A DNA stretch of 64,000 nt from contig NC_086376.1 of the NCBI RefSeq assembly GCF_036588685.1, positions 91,181,630-91,245,629 on the forward strand, in the 5' to 3' direction. Below are positions 26,886 through 38,300 of this stretch, one piece after another. How positions within the stretch are numbered: position 1 is the first letter of the stretch; every line of letters begins with the position of its first letter. The notes under the pieces were generated by a model, which made no database searches, was not told where the DNA came from, and worked only from the letters and a program-made list of their open reading frames with translations. The translations under genes and the position numbers were made by a program. The DNA is from Mytilus trossulus. Lineage: Eukaryota.

Positions 26886-29800
26886 ACAATTTTGTGTAGT
26901 TTAATAAATTGTTTTTCGTGTAATTTATTTCGAGATGTTATATTGCCTATCATTCAAAATTTCGTTGTGCCAATTGTTTATTTGCATATTTTTCTCATAT
27001 TATAATATTTTCTGTATATTTTGCGCGATCGGAATTCAAGGTGTGGTATGGTATTTTTTTTTATCATTATTTAATGAAAACGTTTTCATATTATCAGACC
27101 AGCTGCATTCATAGGGTTTTTTTTTTTCTTTTGCAAGATTCGTACCGTAATACCATATATACCTTTTGGAAGGAAGGAACTCAGCACTAACATATTAAAA
27201 CTTACATCGTACATCTTAAAAGAATCATTCTTTTGTTTTTATCTTGTAAAACATCAAAATAAAATAACTGTTTTGCAAATATTAATGCGATATTTTTTTT
27301 TATTAGAGTATAAATTGTAAGTACAACATGACAATTATCATGTCACAATAAGATAAAATATGTTGTAATTGGCAAACATAATGACATTTTTATACTGAAT
27401 TACAAATGATATAGCATTGCTAGTAGTGTTTTCCAATAAATATTTAGATGAAATGGACATATAATGGAACAAATTATTATTCTTAAAGTTTTTATGATTG
27501 TTTCATATTAAAATATGAGATGTTTTGTAATGATTCAGGTTCAGAGCAAAAATAAAATATGAAAATTGATTAGAAAAATAAACTATGAAATTGTGGAATG
27601 TTAGTGATGAATTGCCACTAATGATTGCAAGTAGAGACTGTTCCGTAACGTTTACTTCAACAGTGCAGAACAAAAATAGATTTACTGTATCGAAACTAGA
27701 TAAATAGTCACTTTGTTTGTGGTATTATTATATTGTCTATAACGGCTAGCAAAAATCAGTTTTCGCGGAATTAATTAGTTTTTGCTTAATAATAGATTTA
27801 CTTTTTACCTGAAGATAGTTGCAGCAGTTTAAAGTTTAAAGTTGCGGTAGAAAGAGTACATCAATATAATGTTTCATCCAGTAATACTACTGTATCATCT
27901 TAATAACGTGCTATACTATTATTTTATTTGTTTTTATGAATATTAGTTTTACTTTTTAGTTGATTAGTTTTATTGACGAACATTTTCCGTGGCTCTTCAC
28001 TTTTATATTGTTCTATGATAATTCTTATATTCCTGTCTTTTATTTTTGCTAATGTGCTTTATCTATATGCCTATTGGTGTTTCTGCAATACATATGACGT
28101 GGCTCTGTACTTATACATCCCATTATTGTGCTATTGTAAAACATTTTTGTATTCTTGTCTAATTATTTTGCTAATATGCTTGGTCTGCGTGCTATTTTGT
28201 GTGTCTTTGTTACATACTTGTTTGTTTTGTGGTGATTAAGATAATAACACAATCTTGACTTCTGTACCCCTTTTCTAAACATTTTTACCTATTATGTCTG
28301 TTTGTTTTGTTCACACATTGCTATCAATATAATATAATGAATGTGATTGTCATACAAGTGAAAGGTTGAGCTTGGATTAAAACTAGGTTTTATCTTCTAT
28401 TTTCTACATACGAACATGCCTGTACCATGTCAGGTATATGACAGTTGTTATCCATTCGTTTGATGAGTTTCAGCTTTCGATTTTGCAATTTAATCAGGGA
28501 CTTTTCTTTTTCAATTTTCCACGGAGTTTACTATTTTTGTGATTTGTCTTTTTAATTCTGCTGGAAACATAATGTCATGCCACTCATCTCATTATATATG
28601 TTCCAAGCCTGGTTGAAATCTTTGTTTTCTTTCATTTGAAACAATATATTTTTATATCTTTTTTGTGATTATATAAGTCTACCTTCGTTTGCTATGCAAC
28701 AATAGTCAGGTAATACTCTGAAATATCACTAATCCAAATAGGAACATACAACAGTGTCCATAATAATTCAGTACACACCAGAAGCGAAAGGAGGATTCAC
28801 TCATACATGAACAAAATATAGTTATGAAATATGTCATATATTAGGAAAAACAATAAATAATTATAATTGTCATAACGATAGATATGGTCTCGAAATATTG
28901 AATGGGACTAATATAATAATAAAAACTAATACTTTGTACAACTTATGTGAACAGTGTGAATTTATACATTGCAATTGCAAACCGAATGTAGGCGTCTGGC
29001 GTGCAAATTTTCTATCAATTCTGGTATCTCTAATGAGTTATTTGGTATAATAGTAAAACTATATTGATACTGTTCATTATATATATATAAATTGTGAAAC
29101 GTTCATCAAATTATTTTGCCTTCACAATTTACTACGAAGTATAGAAATAAAAAAAAGCATGCAAAGTACATGTTTATTTAATGTAAAAAAAGAAGGAATT
29201 TGTCTTTAAATAGGACGTGAGGGACGTCCTGCGAGTATTCAGATAGTTGTTAATGGTAAGAACAATAAAATAATCATTCACCAAAGGGAATCATAAATAT
29301 AGCTGATCATTGCCTGTTCAGAAATGAATCTGATCCGTATGTTCTTGCTTTTTCTGTACATATGGTAGCTCTTTCCAAGATTAAAAAAGTAACTAAAAAA
29401 TAAAAAGTCCTATCGAAGATATTTCCTTTCATCACAATCTGCAACTAATACAGTATCTTATTTCTGCAGTAAAAAAAAGATAACGAACACTTCTGAGCCT
29501 TTCTGACAACTTATTGCAAAAAATGATTTTAAATGAAGCAGTTTATGATCTTTTGTGATATTTGCTTGCCGAAAACACATACGTTTTGCGTGTGATAGTT
29601 TGTATCTTTCCATTACAAATTGACAAAAAATAAGTGAAAACTGAGGCACAAAAAACGAAAGAGTTGTAAACTCATAAATGTAGCGTGATAAACAAATTTG
29701 TTTTTAAATCAATGTTTTATTTCAAAATATGTTACTTTGAGGCGGGTGCTTAAGCAGTGCTTATTTAGAATTTACTTCATTTGATTAGTGAATTGCCTAA

Positions 29801-31249
29801 CAATGACATGGACCATTTCATTATCACAAATATGAATGAAAGACACGTTTTTTCTACTTTATCAGATACGCTCCAAACAAAATAAGAGCGTGTAATTAGT
29901 AAGGTGACACCGCGTGCACTGGCTAAATTTTACATAAACGGTTTTAAAGAAAACACTCTCTCCCAAACTCGACAAAACGTTGTCGAACTAATAGTTATTA
30001 GTAATGCTGTTCTTCGATATCTTTGTGCCGACATAAATGTCGTTCTTCAATAGAAAGATGTTCTATTACCGGTGTTTTTTTTGGTTAGGAGGGGAAAGTG
30101 TTTCATTTTCAAAATGTAACTTGTAGTAATTAACATTTTTCTTTAATAGCTTTGCCAAAGTTTCTGCAAAGATAAGGCAGCACAACTGTGTGATGTATGA
30201 TAAAGATACAAATGGACCCAGCATTATACCACTGTTCATGATATCGAATGTCTTGCAAAAGCGAACGAACCAAAGAGACATCCAATCTAGTAAACCAATA
30301 ACTAAACGAACTGTCAACGCCATGTCAAACAACGATAAACAACAGGTCACAAAACACAACAAAGCAAATGAAATGTTGCTGACGTCTGTTAGTTTTTATT
30401 GAACTTGTTTTCGTGTTATGTAGTGTTATAGGAATTTCCATTTTTCTTCATATCCATCCTGTAAATGCTGTTACTGACTTTGAAATCGTTGATGTTTTGT
30501 AATGATTTAAATGTCAACCCAATTAACCAATAACCCAGGGACATAGTGGTTTTATAGTATAGCAATTGAAACAGATCAACCAAATTCAAATTACTCTAGA
30601 CACATTTTAGTACTATACGACTAATTACACGCCCCCTATTATCAGTAAATATCTTGTCCTCCTTTTAATAAATTGATCATTGTATTATTTAGAGGCAAAG
30701 GCTTCCTTTTTGATATTTACAAGTACACACTGCTTACAATGGGAGATCACTGATTTGCTTTTCTCTCTCATTAAACATTTTCACAGAGAATGTTCCCGTG
30801 ATGATTGAGTTACAGTAAGTAATAATGGGAAATCCGAAGACAGTTTGTGGTCATCATTTCCTGTACATTATTTCCATATATAAACCTAAAAACGTTTTCA
30901 ATATTATACTATTATAATATTTACGACCTATATGGCAGAATTATATTGTCTACAACACAGGACACCACTCCTTCATTGATCGCTGTAACAATACTTTCGC
31001 GTAGGCAGTGACGTTTGTATTATCGATTTAGGGTCGATCAAACCGGATCATCGTCATTAGATTTCTTCACGTAGAATTCTTGTTTTCTTTTAGAGAGATA
31101 GACAACAGAATGGATATGCATATGATACTTTTTCTTGAACAATCATGACAAAAGGTTCTTTTACATTTGTTTTAAGAAATACGCGTGTTAGCTTATTATA
31201 GTGTTCTGTTAAGCGTTGGATATAATTTTTGATTAGTTTGGTCTTTGCT

Positions 31250-31688
31250 TTATAGCTCTATTATTACTAGATAGAAACTAATATTATTAGAACAGTGTTT
31301 TAATAAACTTTTGTAAAATAATATAAACAAAAAGGGGGTTCCTTATCTAGTTTTCATAATTAATTGTTAAAAAGAGAGAATATATGCTGATTTACCTTTA
31401 TTTCAAATTTAATAGCCTACGATGAATAGTGTTAAGACATTGATATCTTGAAAACAATGAAATGAGATTTATAGCTCTACCATTACTAGATAGACACTAA
31501 TATTATTAGAAAAGTGTTTTAATAAACTTTTGTAAAATAATATAAACAAAAATGGGGTTCCTTATCTAGTTTTCATAATTAATTGTTAAAAAGAGAGAAT
31601 ATATGCTGATTTACCTTTATTTCAAATTTAATAGCCTACGATAAATGGTGTTAAGACATTGATATTTTGAAAACAATGAAATGAGACA
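31250..31688. repeat. 219-bp direct tandem duplication
   Basis: TATAGCTCTA..ATTACTAGATAGA.ACTAATATTATTAG starts at 31251 and 31470, and the two copies are near-identical. Confidence 0.92.
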
Positions 31689-31807
31689 CTAATACGTCTC
31701 CTACTCAAAACTCTTATAACGATGATATATATTTCAGCATACTTATACAATATAAATAGCACTCATAAACATCATGCGTCCAATTCAATCTGTTCGTAGG
31801 TAAGTAA

Positions 31808-32125
31808 ATAGTTTAGTTTAAACATATTTATTTATAGTGGATTGGGAAACAAGTTTTGCAACTTATATTAATCTCTTTCCTCTTTGTGGGTGTTTGTAAA
31901 TGCTGCCTTGTATTAGCCGACTCTTTTTCGAGATCTACAAGGGTGTTTTTAACGTGCAAGAGATATGGCTCTCTCTCAACACGGGTCAGCCATGTATCTT
32001 CACCTTACGGTCCCTCAAGACCATACTCGCAATAGTGTCAAGAGAGAACTGACAACTCAGTCCCTGAAATTTTCATACCGGAACGGGAATCGAACCAGGA
32101 ACCTTTGTGTTAGTAGTCCGATATA
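31808..32125 (-). mobile_element. tRNA-derived SINE with a Meta-like central domain
   Basis: Minus strand carries box B GGTTCGATTCCC (~32087-32098), central CTTGCACGTTAAA and tail ATAAATAAATATGTTTAAACTAAAC. Confidence 0.6.
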
Positions 32126-32460
32126 TAAATCCCAAAATTCCACAAGACTTAAGTTCAAACAGGTTCAGGATATCAACTACAAACGATAATATACAAAACA
32201 ATATCCGATCATAATTACAAATAAAACTAGATTCATGAACGCTTGATAAACAAATACCGAGACAAGTCTTATAGCAATGCGAATTAACGCTCAGCAAACC
32301 AGTCATATTCGGAAATAGGTCACGTTCGGTACCTAAAGACCAGACGACGTAAATGATAAACCACAATCTAAGACGTGGTAACAACAGTTCAGTTTAGACA
32401 TAGACAAATTGTATCGTGGTCTCCAGAAAATACACACAACATAGAAAACTAAAGACTTAA

Positions 32461-33052
32461 GGTAGATTCATGGTATACCGCCATCTCGGATTGAACAATC
32501 ACAGTAAAAAAACAGTATAGTTATTTTACTAAATCTGCAAATTTGGAGACAGATTTGCAAATTAATGATTAAACTGTTCAATAATATAAAGAAAACTTGG
32601 CAATTTATTGTATCATTCAAAATATTCAAACAAATATATATTTATTTTGCTTTTTGAATCATTTTTTTCAAATGAGCTATTTGAGGGAAGATAACTCTTT
32701 TAGTTAAAAAAATTATACTGGATAGATAGGGATTTTTTTTCTTTTTACTTGTAGCAAGAAAACAAGTTTGGTGACACCCTTTTTTCTTCTTATTTTCTCA
32801 AAACATATAACAAAACCTATCCTTTCACAATTTATTTCAAAATTCTATCTCATAGATTATTTTTTATGCACACAGTTGTGTTTTTCCATGAACAAACAAA
32901 CCAAATTTAGGCAATTTTCAATGACTCATAGCTTGAAAAATAGCACGGTGACCCCTACTTTTTATTATGTTTTTGAAAAGAGCATTTAAAATCTCCATTC
33001 TGGCTGAGTATAAGAAAATTCTGTCTAAAAAAACATTTACTTATGATCTACC
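32461..33052. mobile_element. Kolobok-like non-autonomous element (592 bp)
   Basis: TTAA TSD (32457-32460, 33053-33056). TIR GGTAGAT(T)CAT / ATGATCTACC. Internal CCGCCATCTCGGATT and two GGTGAC(A/C)CC motifs are shared with 19248-19839. Confidence 0.75.
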
Positions 33053-33739
33053 TTAACGGACAAATCACACAAAGACACTGAACTCCGAGAAAAATTCAAA
33101 ACGGAAATTCCCTAATCAAATGGCAAAATCAAATAATAAAACACATAAAACGAAGAGATTACAACTTTCATATTCCTGACTTGGTACAGATATTTTCGAA
33201 TGTAAAAAATTGGTGGATTAAACATGATTTTATAGCGCAAAACCTCTCACTTGTATGACAGTCTCATCAAATTTCATTATATTTACAACGATGCATAAAC
33301 AAAACAGACCCAATAGGTGAAATTGTCAAAATATGGGTACAGCAGACATCAATGTGTAATAATTGCAAACCAAACAAATGTTTAACAAAGAAGCACAAAA
33401 ACCATTTATCAAATCTAACAACCAGATTCATTAATTCTCGTGTTTAACGTCAGAAAATGTAACGTCGCACAGAAAGAAATATGAAATAATTTCATTCAAA
33501 GTATTTTCAAAAGTATAATTTCACGCGCGTCTGGTGTACTTAATTATAATCCTGGTAACTTTGATAACTATTAACATGGGGAATGGTGGTATACAGGGTT
33601 GAAAAATCAAAAGTTTTGATAGAACTTATTTCAGAAAAAGACCGAGATTAACAATAATCCAGAAGTTCTTTTAAAAATTTAAGAATCCACATATGGTTAA
33701 TATCACTAGGCGAGTGAACAGTTTCACAGTACCTCTTTA

Positions 33740-34310
33740 ACTGCAGCCATAATTTTAGTCAATATAATGGACAATTCTTTAGTTAGGAATATAAACAAGG
33801 TAAGTCCACCTATTTGTTGTTCAATGTATTTTTAATTGAAGCCATGAAGCACTTATGATTTGCCAAAATCTCATCCTTGTCCAATGATATGTCTTTGTAT
33901 GTGGGATTACCTGAGTGCTCATTTATTCTTAATTCTTTTACAAGACATTCGATGTAATACAATTTACATAAAAAGATAATATTATCTTAAGCTTTGTTTG
34001 CAGGAACAACAACATACTTATCATAAAGAGATGATAGACTAAGCAACACGAATCCCACCAAATCTGAGGGTGATATCATGCTCTCCGGAAGGATAAGCAG
34101 ATCCTTCTCCACACGTGGCACCCGTCGTGTTTCTCATGTTATAACAAATCCGGTAAATAGTTTTATTCAGTAGGTCACATGCATGAACGGGAAGGGGATT
34201 GTAGTTACGACGTAAGTGACATATCATTTGTGAAACGGTTGTTCCATAATAACGGTCTACCAACTCGTGATTGCGTCCGTAAAATTTACGAAGGGATGAT
34301 ATCAACCTCT
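33740..34310 (-). mobile_element. Fragments of a Penelope-like retroelement protein
   Basis: Minus strand gives SSLRKFYGRNHELVDRY..TVSQM (34305-34220) and KYVVVPANKA...YYIECLVKEL...GNPTY (~34020-33890). The family assignment is from motif recall only. Confidence 0.5.
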
Positions 34311-36226
34311 CAACTACTCAACATAAGTACAAACAGTCAACATCAGTTTTAATAAGCTTCACTCAAAAGATCGCGGTAGTATTCACAACAACACCTAAAA
34401 TAAAAACGAGAATGCACCTAAATATGAGAATTCGCAGCTACTAAAAGCTTTGAACTATCAGAGCAAAATACAACTTATAAATAAATCATGTTTTCTGAAA
34501 ATCAGGACAATTTGTGTCACGATAAAACGAATATAACAGTGTTTATCAGTGGTAAAAGAATTCCATTATAATCGTCAGAAAGTGAGGTGGTGGTGTTGGC
34601 AAACACCAAAGAAATGTAATAATGTTACCTATTGAGAACCATTGAGAACTATTGACAACCGTTGGTACACCTATTTTCCTGTTAGCAGTCACTATCTCTC
34701 CAGGAACTGAAACATATTAACTAGAATGTCGTATCAAGCGGCAGAAATAAAATGGATTATATGTTCTGATTAAACTCATCATAGATACCATGATTCAAAT
34801 TCTATATTTGCGCCAGACGCGCGTTTCGTCTATAGAAGACTCGTCAGTGACGTTTGAATAAAATATTGATAAAAAGGCCAATTAACGTCCGAAGTTGAAA
34901 AGCATTGAGAAATTAAAAAAAAATTCACCAGCAGTTGCATCGACCCAGTGGTTGTAAATAAACTCTGCATAGCTATTGAATATATAGGATTGAAATAGTC
35001 CCAAAAAAAAGTTCTCTTTAGACCTTTCGACACAGAGTTAAGTCCTCGTTGGAACTAACTATGAATTTAAACATCCTACGAATTAGCCCAAGGTACCGTC
35101 GATATCGATGATATTGAATCAGAATAGATGATTTCTTAAGACAACAATACCAATTCATGGTGTCAAATAATGTAATAGATGAATACAGAGTCAATCTACA
35201 TTTAAAATCAACATTTCTAGATTTGAAACAATATGTATAGACAAATAACATAAATATAGGAAATCATGACATTGTTCAATGCCAAACTATAGATATCGAC
35301 AGATTGAAGAACCGTCAATGTACCTATATGCATAACAAAAAAATCTGGTATTCTTTTATTCATTGGTAATTAAATAAATTTTTATACAATCATATAAAAC
35401 ATTATTCAATAATCGAATACAGTATTGTATTTGTCACCATTAAGAATAAGTTTATTTAAAGGATCGATCAGTTCACACGGAGCTTACTTAAATTCCCGGG
35501 ATTGGTTAAAAAAGAATAACATTGAAAATTGATTATGTTATCCCGCTTGCAATCGGTTATATACTGCAAATTTCCAAACCATAATAGAATTTATCGAAAG
35601 GATGTAATTAATTCTCAATATCTCAATATATCTCAATAATTTATCAGTAGTTCAAATATTGCATTAATTGAAATTCAAAACATATTCATTCATCATAATT
35701 ATTTGTTTCTTGTTTTCTTAAAAAGGCGATATTGAAATGAATAGCAAAAAATGAGATTTAGTAGGTAGGTAATCTGGTATAATAACAAGAGCTTTTCCGT
35801 CCACTGAAAATATTTTTACGCCTTCGTTCTATTTCTAGTTTTGATTTTTATTTTCAATATTTCTTACTGCATTTTAGACCACATACTACGTTACACGATT
35901 AGAACTTCTAATGAAAGAAGAACACAAAAGAATGTACTTGAACATCTATTCGACAATGTCTTTTCCGAACTAAGACAGAAATTCCAATATCAAAATTCAA
36001 ATTAATCACTGCCTGACATATATAATTAACGATTTGAAGTGACATATATGAAAATTATTATAACAATCACATTCCGACACACTTCTAAGTACATACAATA
36101 TAATGGATTTCATCTTAATATGTCGCTAATGGAAAAAAAGTTTAAATTACATGTAATGGTTTGATTAACACATAGTTTAATTGACATTAGTCTGGATTTC
36201 AATTCTGTTTCTGTTTATTTTTCTCT

Positions 36227-38221
36227 TTAATATTTACTGAAGCCTTCGTTGATGACACCTCCATCTACACTCCTATACGTCCCTGGCATTTCTGCATCGC
36301 TAATGGCTATTTCTTTTTCTCCATTTGGAAAAGAGATATCATCATTATTACTCCGAGAAGGAGACTTGAGTGGAAGTGAGGTAATTCCGGTATAAATAGG
36401 AAGTAAAAATAATGTCGTCAACATGATTAAAATCAATATTGCTCGGGAAATAAATAAGACCACAAGTACTCCGCATACTAATGCAAACAGAGAGTATCCC
36501 CATAAGTGATGGAAACTAGATATAAATGGATTGCTATTTCTGAACTCATCCTCTACTGCCCTTTGAGGAATCCATTTAACATTCTTTGCAAGATTTGCTT
36601 GAACAGCTTTAAAAATTCTAACACAGCCAACCATAGCTTCGGGTGTAAATTGGAAGAACGATGCTAAAGTTTCTAGCAAAACATATTTATAATTATTTCT
36701 ATTGCATGTTGCAAATTTTGGGAACACTAGAACGAGAAACATAATAAGGATAATTGAGGCATATCTATATCGTAAATGTACCGAGATGTGGATAATTACA
36801 TACAACATGAGTAATGGCTTCATTACCATTTGTCTCAGTGCTGAATAGGCAATGTAACTGCTAGCGAAATTCAGTGGAGATTCTGTTCTCAGTTTGGTTG
36901 CATTAAATTTCTCCCCCTGAAGTTTCTTTTTTATCCATCGCATAGGCCTTCCGATGCCATTCTCCCAAAAATACATAGCTAATAAAACTTCTCCCCGGTT
37001 CCATCGACGTTCACGAATACTCCATGTCACAAAATTTAATGATGGTGCTTCAAGAAGGAAGACTGATCCGGCATAAAGCGGTTTTAAAATGGCAGCCTCA
37101 AATGTGTCGTGACTGAGAACATCAATTGGAACTCTTTCAATCGGATGATCTCTGCTTCCAATAACATTATCTATGTAAATTCTATTTTTTAGCAATGCTT
37201 TGCCAAAATAAGCTGATTGTCCTAATAATTCCATTACAGCATTTGTCATTGGTTCATAGATTTGCTGGCGTATTGTTTCAATATGCATGAATATTGTATC
37301 CGTAGGTTGACAATGAATTTTTATCGCCGGTTGAATGATACCCTTTTCTGGATTTGCAGCGGCAATGTCTAGCAGATCGAAGACACATTTTTTCGGAACA
37401 CCCGTATCTCCGTCTAATACCAGTGTATAGTCAAATTTTCTACCAAAGATATTTTTGACGTCATCCGAATCATAAAAAAGTTGTTCACCTTCATTCCTAG
37501 CACCTTTGCCATAAAATAATGGGTCACAGTATGAGAAAGCCTCGTCTTCACCTTCAGACAGAAGCATAAGATCTTGATACTGACCACATTTTCTTAACAC
37601 CCGAGATACCCGGTGTATTACCATAAATTCTCTGGCATATCGATCACATATATCATGTAAATATTCGTGAAAGAACAACGTTTTATCTACATCTTCATAC
37701 AAATTCCACACATTCTCTAAACGTAGGGGATCAATAGATTCGAAATCATCTTTTGCAAAACAAGATCCTTCATGAAATAGTTCATCGAAAATGGCCGATC
37801 TGAATCGATCTCGAACTTCCAGTTCGTAGTCTTTTAAACTTTCGTCGCCCGTTGCACTTACTAAAACAGCTGACACATTCGGACTAAGGTTTCCCATGTA
37901 AGCTTCGTACATAGTTTCCATACACTCATCTATTTCATCTCTACTCATTGCTAATAAATTGTAATTGAGAACGATTGTCAATCTGTCAGATTTAGCTTTT
38001 TCTAGTCCTCTTTTATCGCCTCCTATCAAAAGAGTTGCCATTGTTTGAGTAGGAAATTCCATAACGCTGCCTTGAAGAACACCAAGGACAACTACAATGA
38101 TAATTCCGTTGATATAGTTAGTCCTTTCCCAATCCACATTAATAACGTTCAGAATAATAGCAATAAAAGCCAATGACACCCAAGTCGTAAAATACAAGTA
38201 GATTCTTGTTATTCTGTTCAT
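36227..38221 (-). CDS. mdoH: OpgH/MdoH-like membrane glucosyltransferase (GT2 family), 664 aa, no introns within the CDS; candidate bacterial-origin gene
   Basis: The ORF is uninterrupted. It has two N-terminal hydrophobic helices, then in OpgH order: HR..RKCGQ (OpgH RKxGN), YTLVLDGDT (YMVVLDADS, the DxD motif), GIIQ, YFGKALLK (YWGHNAIIR), VLSHDTFEAAIL (ILSHDFVEAALM), EAP, RERRWNRGE (RDRRWCxGN), then C-terminal TM helices, LLETL..F..P and WIPQR. An in-frame TAA lies 6 codons upstream (38237-38239) and the context is TCAAA-ATG, which fixes the start. Confidence 0.88.
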   Translation of the reverse strand: MNRITRIYLYFTTWVSLAFIAIILNVINVDWERTNYINGIIIVVVLGVLQGSVMEFPTQTMATLLIGGDKRGLEKAKSDRLTIVLNYNLLAMSRDEIDECMETMYEAYMGNLSPNVSAVLVSATGDESLKDYELEVRDRFRSAIFDELFHEGSCFAKDDFESIDPLRLENVWNLYEDVDKTLFFHEYLHDICDRYAREFMVIHRVSRVLRKCGQYQDLMLLSEGEDEAFSYCDPLFYGKGARNEGEQLFYDSDDVKNIFGRKFDYTLVLDGDTGVPKKCVFDLLDIAAANPEKGIIQPAIKIHCQPTDTIFMHIETIRQQIYEPMTNAVMELLGQSAYFGKALLKNRIYIDNVIGSRDHPIERVPIDVLSHDTFEAAILKPLYAGSVFLLEAPSLNFVTWSIRERRWNRGEVLLAMYFWENGIGRPMRWIKKKLQGEKFNATKLRTESPLNFASSYIAYSALRQMVMKPLLMLYVIIHISVHLRYRYASIILIMFLVLVFPKFATCNRNNYKYVLLETLASFFQFTPEAMVGCVRIFKAVQANLAKNVKWIPQRAVEDEFRNSNPFISSFHHLWGYSLFALVCGVLVVLFISRAILILIMLTTLFLLPIYTGITSLPLKSPSRSNNDDISFPNGEKEIAISDAEMPGTYRSVDGGVINEGFSKY

Positions 38222-38300
38222 TTTGATTCTATTACTTTATTTTCGTCAGATTTGTATTCCGTGCGCTAATTCGGTAAATTTAAATATCCAAATTCAGTAT

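Noticed and set aside
36227-38221. Bacterial contamination as the explanation for the OpgH-like ORF
   Set aside because: There are no neighbouring bacterial genes, host repeats lie within 0.2-1.5 kb on both sides, no gap is nearby, and splice and Kozak signals are present. Not formally excluded without reads.
36227-38221. Calling the ORF a chitin, hyaluronan or cellulose synthase
   Set aside because: It lacks the GEDR/TED and QRRRW/QRxRW signatures; SHDxxEA and RxRRWxxG fit OpgH.
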